Of a DNA stretch of 46,292 nucleotides, positions 38,033-46,292 are shown piece by piece; the stretch's first letter is position 1, and every line of letters starts with the position of its first letter. The stretch lies in assembly GCA_002788395.1 (NCBI GenBank), contig PFRF01000002.1:1-46292 (forward strand). Direction: 5' to 3'. The DNA is from Candidatus Levybacteria bacterium CG_4_9_14_0_2_um_filter_35_21 (GTDB taxonomy: Bacteria > Patescibacteriota > Microgenomatia > Levybacterales > UBA12049). A model generated the notes under the pieces. It was not told the origin of the DNA and made no database searches. It saw only the letters and a program-made list of their open reading frames with translations. The translations under genes were made by a program, and so were the position numbers.

Positions 38033-39459
38033 AGCTGAGGTTTCTCCTTGTTTGGATTTCCAATTTCGTATTGGTGTCCAAGATTAAATAATAGTTCTTC
38101 AGAAAATTGTGGGCCAAGAATTTGCATTCCAACGGGTAATGCAGCTTGTTCTGAGCTTGTTGAAGGACCAATAATGCCAATTGGTACAGAAAGTCCGGGA
38201 ATTCCGGCTAAATTTGCTGTAACAGTAAAAATATCGGACAAGTACATTTTTAAAGGATCATTAATTTTTTCGCCTAATTTCCATGGTAGTGTAGGGGAAA
38301 CAGGGGTAATTATTGCGTCTACTTTTTTAAAAGCTTCTTCGTAATCTTTTTTAATTAAAGTTCTTACTTTCATAGCTTTTTTGTAGTAGGCGTCATAGTA
38401 ACCGGCAGAAAGAGTAAATGTTCCAAGCATAATACGTCTTTTTGCCTCTTTCCCAAAATAAGACCGTTTATTTCCATATCTTATACTGTCATATCTTGCT
38501 AAATTGGAAGAAACCTCGGCGGGTTGAATTATGTAGTAAGCAGCAATTGCATAATCGGTGTGGGGGAGTGAAATATCGATAATTTCTGCTCCTTGTTTTT
38601 CAAAAAAACTAATTGCTTCCATAGTTTTTTCTTTAATTTTTTTATCAAGTCCTTCGGTAAAGAATTCTTTTGGAATTCCAATCCTGGTACCTTTTATGCT
38701 TTTATTTAAATTTTTAGAATAATCGGGAACCGGTAGATTCGGCGTTGTAGCGTCAAAACTATCTTTTCCAGCTGTAACATTTAAATATAAGGCGCTGTCC
38801 TCAACAGTTTTTGTAAAATGACCGATGGAATCAAGAGATGAGGACATTGCAATAATGCCATTTCTGCTTACACGTCCATAGGTTGGTTTTAGGCCGACAA
38901 CGTTACAAAACGCTGCAGGCAGGCGGATTGAGCCTCCTGTATCCGTCCCTCCCGAAGCAATACTCATATCAGCCGCAACGCTAGCAGCAGATCCGCTGCT
39001 GGATCCTCCTGGAGTATATTCAACATTGTATGGATTTTTTACCGGTCCGTAATCGGAGTTTTCTCCGCTTGATCCGTGTGCCCACGCGTCACAATTTAAT
39101 TTTCCCAAAATGATTGCACCTGCATCTTTTAGTTTTTTTACAACAGTAGCGTCATATTGTGGTATGTAATTATCTAAAACCTTGGAAGATGCAGTAGTTC
39201 TGATGTTCTTAGTTAAATAGATATCTTTTAAAGCAATAGGAATTCCCAATAAAGGAGATTTATCTCCGATTCTTAATTTTTCGTCAGCCTGCTTGGCAGC
39301 GTTTATTGCCTCTTTGTTACAAATAGTTAAAAATGCGTTAAGCAAGGGATTAAGCCTAGCTATCTGATCCAAACAGGATTCTGTTAAATCAAGAGCTGAA
39401 AATTCTTTTTTTCTTAACCCATCAATTGCTTGTTTGATTGTTAATTCATTCAATTTCAT
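38029..39459 (-). CDS. gatA: Asp/Glu-tRNA amidotransferase subunit A
   Basis: Amidase signature GGSSSGSAASVAA...GTDTGGSIRLPA. Confidence 0.96.
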   Translation of the reverse strand: MKLNELTIKQAIDGLRKKEFSALDLTESCLDQIARLNPLLNAFLTICNKEAINAAKQADEKLRIGDKSPLLGIPIALKDIYLTKNIRTTASSKVLDNYIPQYDATVVKKLKDAGAIILGKLNCDAWAHGSSGENSDYGPVKNPYNVEYTPGGSSSGSAASVAADMSIASGGTDTGGSIRLPAAFCNVVGLKPTYGRVSRNGIIAMSSSLDSIGHFTKTVEDSALYLNVTAGKDSFDATTPNLPVPDYSKNLNKSIKGTRIGIPKEFFTEGLDKKIKEKTMEAISFFEKQGAEIIDISLPHTDYAIAAYYIIQPAEVSSNLARYDSIRYGNKRSYFGKEAKRRIMLGTFTLSAGYYDAYYKKAMKVRTLIKKDYEEAFKKVDAIITPVSPTLPWKLGEKINDPLKMYLSDIFTVTANLAGIPGLSVPIGIIGPSTSSEQAALPVGMQILGPQFSEELLFNLGHQYEIGNPNKEKPQL

Positions 39460-39734
39460 TCTAAAATAGCCTCCACTTCAAAAAAACCTTCATGTTTTTT
39501 ATTTGCATTGGATAGGGCAGTGACTTGCTCTAAGGAGGGGAGAGTAAAATCTTCTCTTTCTATGTTTTCCAAGTTAGTTACCTGGCTAGTCTCTTCAACA
39601 CCTTCGGTATCAACCTCTTTTAATTTTTCGATGTAGCCAAGGATCGACGTTAGTTGCCCTTCTAATTCATTTTCTTCATTGTCTTTAAGCTTGAGGTTTG
39701 CTAATTTTGCTACTTTAAGGATATCTATTTTCAT
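39456..39734 (-). CDS. gatC: Asp/Glu-tRNA amidotransferase subunit C
   Basis: 92 aa, with LAKLANLKL...E and position upstream of gatA with a 4-nt overlap. Confidence 0.9.
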   Translation of the reverse strand: MKIDILKVAKLANLKLKDNEENELEGQLTSILGYIEKLKEVDTEGVEETSQVTNLENIEREDFTLPSLEQVTALSNANKKHEGFFEVEAILE

Positions 39735-39813
39735 CCCGTTAGAAAACCTCCATTCTTGATTCGATAACCTATGAGCACTTTGAATTGATTACTGCAGAAT
39801 TTTCTAACGGGAT
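39733..39813 (-). promoter_or_regulatory. Long-range inverted repeat filling the gatD-gatC intergenic region (12 bp perfect, extendable to 14 bp). It pairs the stretch between the SD and AUG, plus the AU of the start codon.
   Basis: CCCGTTAGAAAA at 39735..39746 pairs with TTTTCTAACGGG at 39800..39811 across a 53-nt interior. The GGAGG SD (plus-strand cctcc, 39747..39751) sits at the base of the 3' arm. Confidence 0.45.
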
Positions 39814-39824
39814 TCATCGGTTTA

Positions 39825-40580
39825 TTATACTTTAACGCCTAGTCTTTGCGCAATTACTGTTCTTGCTGTTTTTTCTAAAGTATCGTCTAAATGCTCAAGG
39901 TTGACTGTTTTTTTGTATTTTTTTTCCAGAGCAGTTTTAATTAGATAATCGGCTAGCTCCGGATTTTTTGGCAAAACCGGACCATGTAGGTAAGTGCAAA
40001 TACTATTCTTGTAAATTGCCCCTTCGGTTTTGTCATTACCATTATTACCAAAGCCTGAGAGAACATTTCCGAACGGTTTAACATTTTTACCTAGGGTTGT
40101 TCTTCCACCATGATTTTCAAAACCTACAAATATAAAGTCACTTAGTGTGTCAATTCTTGGTATTATTGCAATATCTCCAATCATGCGATCCGTATTAGGG
40201 TTTTCAGTATAGATATCTATTATTCCTAAACCCGGAATTACTGTTCCGTCTGCCTCTTTATAATACTTACCTAAGAATTGGTATGCACCGCAAATATATA
40301 ATCCTGGAATCTCATCTCTTATTATTTGTGAGAATGTTCCAACTTTATCTTTTAAATCCTCGGCGACAATTTTTTGCTGTCTGTCTTGAGCTCCTCCCAT
40401 AAACAAAAGATCACACTCTAGCATTTCTTTTGGTTCAAAACCGATGTCTAGAACTTTTGTACGGAAATCAATATTTCTCCATTTACAGCGCCTTCTTAGG
40501 GTAATAATGTTTCCACGGTCACCGTATGTACCCATAAGCTCAGGATATAACCATCCTATTGTTAAATTTCTATCAATCAT
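39825..40580 (-). CDS. gatD: Lipid II isoglutaminyl synthase, glutaminase subunit (CobQ-type GATase)
   Basis: Close by eye to S. aureus GatD: GNIITLRRR, GLYICGAYQFLGKYY, VGFENHGGRT and TYLHGPVLPKN. Confidence 0.85.
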   Translation of the reverse strand: MIDRNLTIGWLYPELMGTYGDRGNIITLRRRCKWRNIDFRTKVLDIGFEPKEMLECDLLFMGGAQDRQQKIVAEDLKDKVGTFSQIIRDEIPGLYICGAYQFLGKYYKEADGTVIPGLGIIDIYTENPNTDRMIGDIAIIPRIDTLSDFIFVGFENHGGRTTLGKNVKPFGNVLSGFGNNGNDKTEGAIYKNSICTYLHGPVLPKNPELADYLIKTALEKKYKKTVNLEHLDDTLEKTARTVIAQRLGVKV

Positions 40581-41866
40581 AAAATTTCTCTTCCTGTTAA
40601 TATTTTTCTAACTTCAAGCATAGCCGAGTATGTTGGCAGAATATAAAGAGTTTCATCCGGTGAAATTTTTTCCAGAGCGTTTAGAATTGCCTTACTAAGA
40701 TCTGGTTCCACACTAAGATTTGGAGAAAATTTCCCATATTTAATTCTTAGTCCCATGTCATAGGCCCTTGTTCCGCTTATTGTCACATTGTGTTCATCTT
40801 TAATTTGTTTTTCAATATTAATATCCCAAATCCATGAAACGTCAGTGCCATCAGGAATATGATCATTTATAATAATTAGAAGATTTTTTCCATGAAGATG
40901 ATTAATCGTGCGGAGTGTTTCATTAAAACTCGTCGGATTTTTTGCTAAACATATTTGAATTTTTTTACCATTAAAATTAATTAATTCTTGTCTACCGAAT
41001 GCGGGCTTAAAATGAGCGAGGCCTTCGTTAATATTTTTGTTATCGATTCCGATTGTTTTGCATGTTAGAAAAGCAGCGTTGGTATTATAGCGATTATAAA
41101 TTCCACTAAGCGGATATGTTTTCGAAGAGCCAATATCTAAACGCGGTCTTTTTAAATTGCAGTTTGAACATTTCCAATCTCCAAGGTGAGAAAAAAAAAT
41201 CATTCTAAAATTCAGCTTGGAATGACAATTGGGACAAAATACAGAATCTGCGGAATACTGCGGTTTTCTCGTAGAAACCCTTACATCATTTAAGCCAAAA
41301 TATTTTACTTTTGCTTTTGTATCTTTATTTAAAAAGGCGATTGCAGGATCGTCCGCATTTAAAATAAGAGTTGTTTTTGCGTCTAAAGTCTTCAGGGCGG
41401 TATTCCAATTCTGAACAATATAGTCAATTTCGCCATATCTATCGAGCTGGTCCCGGAATAAGTTTAATAGAACGATATAGCCTGGTTTAATAATCTTAAG
41501 TATTAAGGGCAATGTATTCTCATCAACCTCAAAAATTGCAAAATCTTTTTTTACTTTTCCATAAAAATTAGCTTTTATTATAAGAGATGATGCTATTCCA
41601 TTTAAAAGATTTGCGCCGGACTTGTTTTGGAAAACAGTTCTATTATTCCTCTCTAAAATTGTCCTAATCATTTTTGATGTAGTAGTTTTTCCGTTAGTTC
41701 CCGCAATAAGTATAATTTCTGTTTGGGATTTTTCAAAAATATTTTGAATAAAATTGTTGTTAATTATTAGAGCAATATGTCCAGGCCATGTAGATCCTCC
41801 TCCTAAATTTGTTTTTTTACTAAAAAAAGACAAAATTTTCCCTAATATAATTAAAAGTGAATTCAT
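40577..41866 (-). CDS. murT: Lipid II isoglutaminyl synthase, Mur-ligase-like subunit
   Basis: GTNGKTTT P-loop, Cys4 ribbon CPNCHSKL...CSNC, and a DUF1727-like C-terminus. 4-nt overlap with gatD. Confidence 0.85.
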   Translation of the reverse strand: MNSLLIILGKILSFFSKKTNLGGGSTWPGHIALIINNNFIQNIFEKSQTEIILIAGTNGKTTTSKMIRTILERNNRTVFQNKSGANLLNGIASSLIIKANFYGKVKKDFAIFEVDENTLPLILKIIKPGYIVLLNLFRDQLDRYGEIDYIVQNWNTALKTLDAKTTLILNADDPAIAFLNKDTKAKVKYFGLNDVRVSTRKPQYSADSVFCPNCHSKLNFRMIFFSHLGDWKCSNCNLKRPRLDIGSSKTYPLSGIYNRYNTNAAFLTCKTIGIDNKNINEGLAHFKPAFGRQELINFNGKKIQICLAKNPTSFNETLRTINHLHGKNLLIIINDHIPDGTDVSWIWDINIEKQIKDEHNVTISGTRAYDMGLRIKYGKFSPNLSVEPDLSKAILNALEKISPDETLYILPTYSAMLEVRKILTGREIL

Positions 41867-41869
41867 TTT

Positions 41870-42772
41870 TTACATTGATCTAAGGATTCTAATACGCTCA
41901 TCAATTGAAGGGTGAGTGTTAAAAAGAGACGCAAACCAATTTTGGGAACTTTTTCTATTAAATGGGTTTTCGATAAAAAGGTGTGCAGTTGCATTGCTTG
42001 CTTTTTTAAGAGGTGTTTTGTCTTTTTCAAGCTTTTCCAAGGCACTTGCCAGTCCTTCAGGATATCTGGTTAATAGAGCTCCCGATGCATCTGCTAAAAA
42101 TTCCCTTTTTCGGGAGACTGCAAGCTGAATTAGCGTTGCAACAATTGGAGATAAAATTGCAAAAACAATTCCAAGAGCTAAAAATATTAGCTGAATATTT
42201 CCGCTACCCCTGTTATCGTCGTCTTTTATTCCGCCCCACCAAAGTGAACGCATAAACATGTCGGCAATGATTGCAATAAATCCTACTAGGATTGCCACAA
42301 CTGCCATTAAGCGTATATCATAGTTTCTTATATGTGATAATTCATGGGCGATAACGCCTTCAAGCTCTGCTTTGTTTAATAAACTCAAAATCCCTGTTGT
42401 AACACAGACAACGGCATGATTAGGATCACGACCTGTGGCAAATGCATTTGGAGAAGAATCGTTAACGATATAAATTTTTGGTATAGGTAAACCGGCGCCA
42501 ATACAAAGGTTTTCAACAGTTCTAAAAAGCAAAGGATTATCTTGCATCTCTATTTCCCTTGCTTTAAGAGTTGCAAGAACCAGTTTATCGGAATAATAGT
42601 AGCTCCCTATACTTATTAATCCCGAGAAAATTAATGCAATGCCGACAAAAGACAATCCATAGCCTAATGCTTTAGAGAATATAAAAGCTAATGTTGCTAT
42701 AAAAACGACAAACAACAACATTATTAGCCACGTCTTGTTCTTGTTAGCCGAAATCTGAGAGTATATCTCCAT
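41870..42772 (-). CDS. htpX: M48-family membrane zinc protease
   Basis: HELSHIRN (HExxH), four TM segments and C-terminal NTHPSIDERI. Confidence 0.9.
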   Translation of the reverse strand: MEIYSQISANKNKTWLIMLLFVVFIATLAFIFSKALGYGLSFVGIALIFSGLISIGSYYYSDKLVLATLKAREIEMQDNPLLFRTVENLCIGAGLPIPKIYIVNDSSPNAFATGRDPNHAVVCVTTGILSLLNKAELEGVIAHELSHIRNYDIRLMAVVAILVGFIAIIADMFMRSLWWGGIKDDDNRGSGNIQLIFLALGIVFAILSPIVATLIQLAVSRKREFLADASGALLTRYPEGLASALEKLEKDKTPLKKASNATAHLFIENPFNRKSSQNWFASLFNTHPSIDERIRILRSM

Positions 42773-42774
42773 AC

Positions 42775-43329
42775 TTAAAAACTAACTTTAACGGGTTTTT
42801 TATCACCTTCGTCTACACCAAAAAATTCTGAAGGTTTAAAAGCAAACAAGTTCGCAAACAAAACGTTCGGGAAGATTGTTAGTTTCGTATTATAATCCAA
42901 GACATTGCTGTTATAGAATTGTCTTGAATAAGCAATTTTGTTCTCCGTATCGGAAAGTTCATCTTGTAGTTTTTGGAAATTCTCACTGGCCTTTAGGGTC
43001 GGATAATTTTCCGCAACCGCAAAAAGAGATTTTAAGGCATTACTTAAACCGTCGTTTGCTTTTGCTTTTTCATTAGCTCCATTTGCAGACATTAAATTTG
43101 CCCTTTCCGCGGTAACCTTTTCAAATAATTCTTTTTCGTGTTTAGCGTATCCTTTAACTGTTTCTACTAAATTTGGAATCAGGTCTGTCCTTCTTTTAAG
43201 TTGAACATCAATCTGAGAAAATGCCTCAGAAACTCTTAGTCTAGCAGTTATGAGACCGTTATAAATAAACCATACGTAGATAAGAACTACACCAAGTATT
43301 GCTATTGGAATAAGCATAATAAATATCAC
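42775..43329 (-). CDS. lemA: LemA-family membrane protein
   Basis: N-terminal TM segment, [19 protein letters not shown]-type motif ([15 protein letters not shown]) and [10 protein letters not shown]. Confidence 0.9.
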   Translation of the reverse strand: MIFIMLIPIAILGVVLIYVWFIYNGLITARLRVSEAFSQIDVQLKRRTDLIPNLVETVKGYAKHEKELFEKVTAERANLMSANGANEKAKANDGLSNALKSLFAVAENYPTLKASENFQKLQDELSDTENKIAYSRQFYNSNVLDYNTKLTIFPNVLFANLFAFKPSEFFGVDEGDKKPVKVSF

Positions 43330-43334
43330 CCCCT

Positions 43335-45104
43335 TTAATTTTTAAGCCACTTCATAAATTCATTATACGATAATGTATTTATGATGTCACTCTTTTTTGC
43401 CCATCCGCGTCTTGCAACAGAAACACCATATTCCATTAGACCCATTTGATAAGCAGCATGGCTATCGGTGTTAATCACCAGCTTTATTCCTGATGTAACG
43501 GCACGTCTAACAATATTGTCCGGTAAATCCAAACGGTTTGGCCAACTGTTAATTTCGAGAGCTTTATTATGTTTTTGGCAAAATTCAAAAATTTTTTCCC
43601 AATCAAGATCATATCCCTGTCTTTCGTTTATTAATCGTCCTGTAGGATGAGCAAGAATTTTTGCCTTAGGATTTGATAGACCATTCAAAACTCGCTCGGT
43701 CATTTGTTCTTTGTTAAGGTTAAATGCGGAATGGATAGAAACTATAGCTCCGTCAAGTAAGGCTAAGGATTTTTCGCTTAGTGAAAGTTCACCCGAAGCT
43801 AAAATATCAACTTCGAGCAATTTAATTATTCGAACACTTTTTATGTTTGATTTAATTTGTTCAATCTTTTCGTCTCTTTTTTTGAGAATTTCATAACATT
43901 GGTTATCGTTGTGTTTAGAAACGCTGGGATTATGTTCGGAAAAACCTAAATACTCATATTTAAGTTTAACGGCTTTATTAAGCATGTCTTGCATAGAACT
44001 TTGTCCGAGATCATGACTTGGTTCAATTGAAAAATTGGAATGAAGATGTAAATCGCCTTTAATATCTGAAAGTTCAATTAAACGGGGAAGTTTATGTTTT
44101 GCAGCTAATTCTATCTCTCCCGTGTTCTCTCTCATTTCGGGAGGAATTAAGTCAAGCCCAAGGGCATTATAAAAATCTTTTTCTGTGGAATACGTGGCTA
44201 GTCCTGCTTTTGGATCTTTAATTTTTTTAATTCCCTTCTCAGATAGCGAAAGACCCTTTTTTATCGCTAATTCTCTTAAATGAATATTATGATCCTTACT
44301 TCCTGTAAAATGCTGTAAAAGAGACCCAAAGCTTTTAACAGGCTGAACCATAAGGTCTACTTGATATCCGCCGGAAATTAGAATCGAGGCACTTGAGTTC
44401 CCTTTCTCAATTATCCTTTCTTTGTATGGGTAAGATACAAAGTGATTAATGACTTTTTCGGAATTATTACTGGCAACAGCGATATCAATGTCTCCTATTG
44501 TTGAGACCATTCTTCTTAAACTTCCCAGCGCCGATACTTGTAAAACATTAGGGTCTTCAATTAAGAAGTCTGTAATTTTTTTTGCAAGCTCTGCGGCAAA
44601 GGGAAGTGTCATTCTCCTTTGTTTACTTTTACCCTCCTTGTATTCTTTTATGGCTCTTAAAATATCGTTTTGTGATTTTTCTCCGAAGCCGGCAAGAGGA
44701 GAAATTTTATTTTCTTTTGCAATTTTTTCAAGGTCATCAACTACAGATTCGGGATTTCCCAAGCCAAATGTTTTTACAAGTTTGTATGCTCTTTTTGGAC
44801 CAAATGAGGGAATTTTTAAAAGAGGAAATACTGCCTCCGGAATGTTTTCAAAAACCCATTTAAATCTAGAAACTTTACCTGTTTTTAGGAGTTCTTCGAT
44901 ATGGGATTTAATCGAAGTCCCGACTCCTGGCAGGCTTTGCAGTGATTTTTGGTCAAATAAGTCTTTTATTTCGGTAGTAGAATTGTCTATTGCGTCCGCA
45001 GCTCTATGGTAGGCGATTATTTGAAAATAATATTTTCTTTCATCTTTTATGCTGTAGGCTGCAGCAACATTTCTGAATAACTCTGCAATCTGTTGGTTTG
45101 ACAT
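43335..45104 (-). CDS. polX: Family X DNA polymerase with C-terminal PHP domain
   Basis: HhH region [29 protein letters not shown], and the PHP part DLHLHSNFS...HPTGR. Confidence 0.9.
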   Translation of the reverse strand: MSNQQIAELFRNVAAAYSIKDERKYYFQIIAYHRAADAIDNSTTEIKDLFDQKSLQSLPGVGTSIKSHIEELLKTGKVSRFKWVFENIPEAVFPLLKIPSFGPKRAYKLVKTFGLGNPESVVDDLEKIAKENKISPLAGFGEKSQNDILRAIKEYKEGKSKQRRMTLPFAAELAKKITDFLIEDPNVLQVSALGSLRRMVSTIGDIDIAVASNNSEKVINHFVSYPYKERIIEKGNSSASILISGGYQVDLMVQPVKSFGSLLQHFTGSKDHNIHLRELAIKKGLSLSEKGIKKIKDPKAGLATYSTEKDFYNALGLDLIPPEMRENTGEIELAAKHKLPRLIELSDIKGDLHLHSNFSIEPSHDLGQSSMQDMLNKAVKLKYEYLGFSEHNPSVSKHNDNQCYEILKKRDEKIEQIKSNIKSVRIIKLLEVDILASGELSLSEKSLALLDGAIVSIHSAFNLNKEQMTERVLNGLSNPKAKILAHPTGRLINERQGYDLDWEKIFEFCQKHNKALEINSWPNRLDLPDNIVRRAVTSGIKLVINTDSHAAYQMGLMEYGVSVARRGWAKKSDIINTLSYNEFMKWLKN

Positions 45105-45188
45105 AAAAATTGATTATAAACTATATCAGATCATAACAAAGCATTGACTATAATTCAATAATTTGTTAGGATACTTCCTAGCTACGTT

Positions 45189-45262
45189 GGGCTCGTAGTG
45201 AAGCGGTCTATCACGTCTCCCTGTCACGGAGAAAACCGCCGGTTCGAATCCGGTCGAGCCCG
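45189..45262 (+). tRNA. tRNA-Asp (anticodon GTC), 74 nt, no encoded CCA
   Basis: GGGCTCG-TA-GTGA-AGCGGTCTA-TCAC-G-TCTCC-CTGTCAC-GGAGA-AAACC-GCCGG-TTCGAAT-CCGGT-CGAGCCC-G. Confidence 0.9.
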
Positions 45263-45296
45263 CCCGCGGTGATACTTCTGCCCTCGAATTGACAAT

Positions 45297-45965
45297 ATGG
45301 TTAGAAAAAAAAGCAGAAAATCAGTAAAAAAAATAGAAAAAAAAGCAGAAACAGAAAAAAGTAATAATTTTTTTGTGCGGGTTAAATGGGGCGAGTCATA
45401 CACAAGCTTGATTTTAGGATTCCTGGTTGTAATAATCGCAACTGCATTATTATTTACTTTTGTAAAAGGAAAAGGGATGATAGAGTCCGGATCAACGGAC
45501 ACCGCACCTGCCATAAATCAAGAAAAAGCCGCTAATAAAACTTACGAAGTTAAGTCCGGTGATAATCTATGGGGAATTGCAGAGAAAGAATACGGTTCCG
45601 GCTATAACTGGGTAGATATTGTAAGTGCAAATAAATTAACCAATCCCGGAGTAATTTATACGGGTACAAAATTAATTATTCCCAACGTAATGGAAAGAGG
45701 TGCAGACAGCAAATTTGTAGAAAAAGTTAATTCTAAAAATCAAAATATTAAAACAAATGTTATCGAAGCACCGGTCGATAAGGTAACTTCAAATTTAAAT
45801 TCTATAACCGGTAACTCTTATACAGTAAAGTCGGGTGATATACTTTGGAACATCGCGGTTAGAGCATATGGAGACGGTTATAGATGGGTTGATATTGCTC
45901 GAGCGAATGGTCTTGAAAACCCGGATTTAATTTTTTCAGGAAATGTATTGAAAATTCCTCGATAA
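45297..45965 (+). CDS. Membrane-anchored protein with two LysM peptidoglycan-binding domains
   Basis: Lys-rich N-terminus and one TM segment. The two LysM domains read YEVKSGDNLWGIAEKEYGSGYNWVDIVSANKL...GTKLIIP and YTVKSGDILWNIAVRAYGDGYRWVDIARANGL...GNVLKIP. Confidence 0.9.
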   Translation: MVRKKSRKSVKKIEKKAETEKSNNFFVRVKWGESYTSLILGFLVVIIATALLFTFVKGKGMIESGSTDTAPAINQEKAANKTYEVKSGDNLWGIAEKEYGSGYNWVDIVSANKLTNPGVIYTGTKLIIPNVMERGADSKFVEKVNSKNQNIKTNVIEAPVDKVTSNLNSITGNSYTVKSGDILWNIAVRAYGDGYRWVDIARANGLENPDLIFSGNVLKIPR

Positions 45966-46009
45966 CCCTCATAAACATTCAGAAATCTCGTATGGTAAAA
46001 TATTTTCAT

Positions 46010-46039
46010 GAGATGGTAGTTCAGTGGTAGTATGCTACC
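46010..46039 (+). pseudogene. 5' fragment of a tRNA-Gly-like gene (acceptor 5' strand, D-arm and start of anticodon stem)
   Basis: 26 of 30 nt are identical to 46058..46087, at a constant offset of 48 nt. No anticodon loop, T-arm or 3' acceptor strand follows. Confidence 0.6.
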
Positions 46040-46057
46040 CGCGTCTCAAAGTTATAT

Positions 46058-46129
46058 GCGGTGGTAGTTCAGTGGTAGAATGCTTCCTTCCCAAGGAAGA
46101 GGTCGAGGGTTCGAATCCCTTTCACCGCT
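46058..46129 (+). tRNA. tRNA-Gly (anticodon CCC), 72 nt, no encoded CCA
   Basis: GCGGTGG-TA-GTTC-AGTGGTA-GAAT-G-CTTCC-TTCCCAA-GGAAG-AGGTC-GAGGG-TTCGAAT-CCCTT-TCACCGC-T. Confidence 0.9.
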
Positions 46130-46138
46130 CAAAAGCAT

Positions 46139-46292
46139 GGCGGGCAGGCAGGGATGGAGAATCGAGTTTAATTCTCGTATCTCGCTCAAATTAATAAATT
46201 GGGCGCGGCTTTAAACTCAGCGAAGTCATACCTAATCGAAGAATGATACTGAAATCGTAGGTTATGTTTTTCTATTCGAACCGTCCAGGTGA
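46139..46292 (+). other. Unclassified non-coding stretch that is GC-rich at its 5' end. It may be the start of a structured RNA running off the window.
   Basis: No ORF is present. GGCGGGCAGGCAGGGATGG is followed by the hairpin GAGAATCGAG-tttaatt-CTCGTATCTC. The GC-rich words GGCGGGC and GGGCGCGGC have no complement inside the window. Confidence 0.3.

Noticed and set aside
44449-45012. A 187-codon ORF lies antisense to polX. Similar antisense ORFs occur at 5383..5817, 22087..22521, 23242..23556, 33273..33563 and 38048..38344.
   Set aside because: Each lies entirely inside a well-supported conserved gene on the other strand. In the polX case, the antisense frame can only acquire stops opposite Tyr/His/Gln codons that are preceded by particular third bases, so long open stretches are expected by construction. 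The translations are Ser/Phe/Leu-rich with no motifs.
45289-45294. TTGACA lies directly upstream of the LysM gene.
   Set aside because: It ends 2 nt before the ATG, so it cannot serve as a -35 box for this start. The gene is more likely co-transcribed with tRNA-Asp.
46150-46175. Possible tmRNA 5' region (similarity to CAGGGATGGATCGAG of Bacillus ssrA).
   Set aside because: There is no GGGG acceptor start and no GGxUUCGAC D-loop analogue upstream. No reading frame downstream ends in the usual hydrophobic ..AA tag. It is left as unclassified.
46199-46292. Possible 5S rRNA (AGCGAAG..CATACC..GAA..TGAAA..CGTAG resembles the helix II/III region).
   Set aside because: The complementary strands for helices II and III are absent. 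The loop E GATGGTA motif is also absent, and the spacing does not fit.

Overview
This is AT-rich, very gene-dense bacterial DNA. The gene content suggests a small-genome Patescibacteria/CPR-type organism, but that placement is inference only. The supporting genes are GatCAB, MurT/GatD, PolX, LemA-HtpX, a compact F1Fo operon with a stubby delta subunit, a LysM anchor protein, and many polytopic GT-C-like enzymes.

The window has three parts.

(1) 1-5.97 kb, accessory. Two tandem modules lie on the minus strand. Each has a large secreted protein (lectin or beta-propeller head plus a C39-like cysteine peptidase) followed by a Y1/HUH RayT/IS200-like transposase. The complete transposase copy is bounded by ACACCC-NNN-GGGTGT hairpins. 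The 5' parts of the two transposase copies are 98/98 identical, and the identity stops exactly at the hairpin. One peptidase gene carries a 1-nt frameshift. The other has a (PT)13 linker encoded by a perfect hexanucleotide microsatellite. An 11-codon remnant of a GT4 gene lies in the 700-bp gap between the modules.

(2) 5.97-26.5 kb, a surface-glycan or glycosylation island. It holds six GT-C-like polytopic proteins, two of them fused to N-terminal GT2 domains. It also holds a Dpm1-like polyprenyl-phosphate sugar synthase, two GT4 enzymes, one more GT2, a Wzx-like flippase, a Wzy/O-antigen-ligase-like protein and two Zn-ribbon methyltransferases. Five transcription-unit starts carry TGnTATAAT boxes only 8-13 nt before the ATG, which suggests leaderless or near-leaderless mRNAs.

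(3) 26.5-45.1 kb, one co-directional core block on the minus strand: polX-lemA-htpX-murT-gatD-gatCAB-(GGDEF)-dnaE-atpBEFHAGDC-tRNA-Thr. A sensor-less GGDEF protein is translationally coupled between gatB and dnaE.

The right end carries tRNA-Asp, a LysM protein, a tRNA-Gly with a 5' fragment duplicated 48 nt upstream, and an unclassified GC-rich RNA-like stretch that runs off the window.

I saw no CRISPR array, reverse transcriptase or recognisable defence cassette. The most unusual items are the transposase/peptidase modules, the GT-C swarm next to a PT-linker substrate candidate, and the embedded GGDEF gene. All functional calls come from motif recognition by eye, with no searches run.
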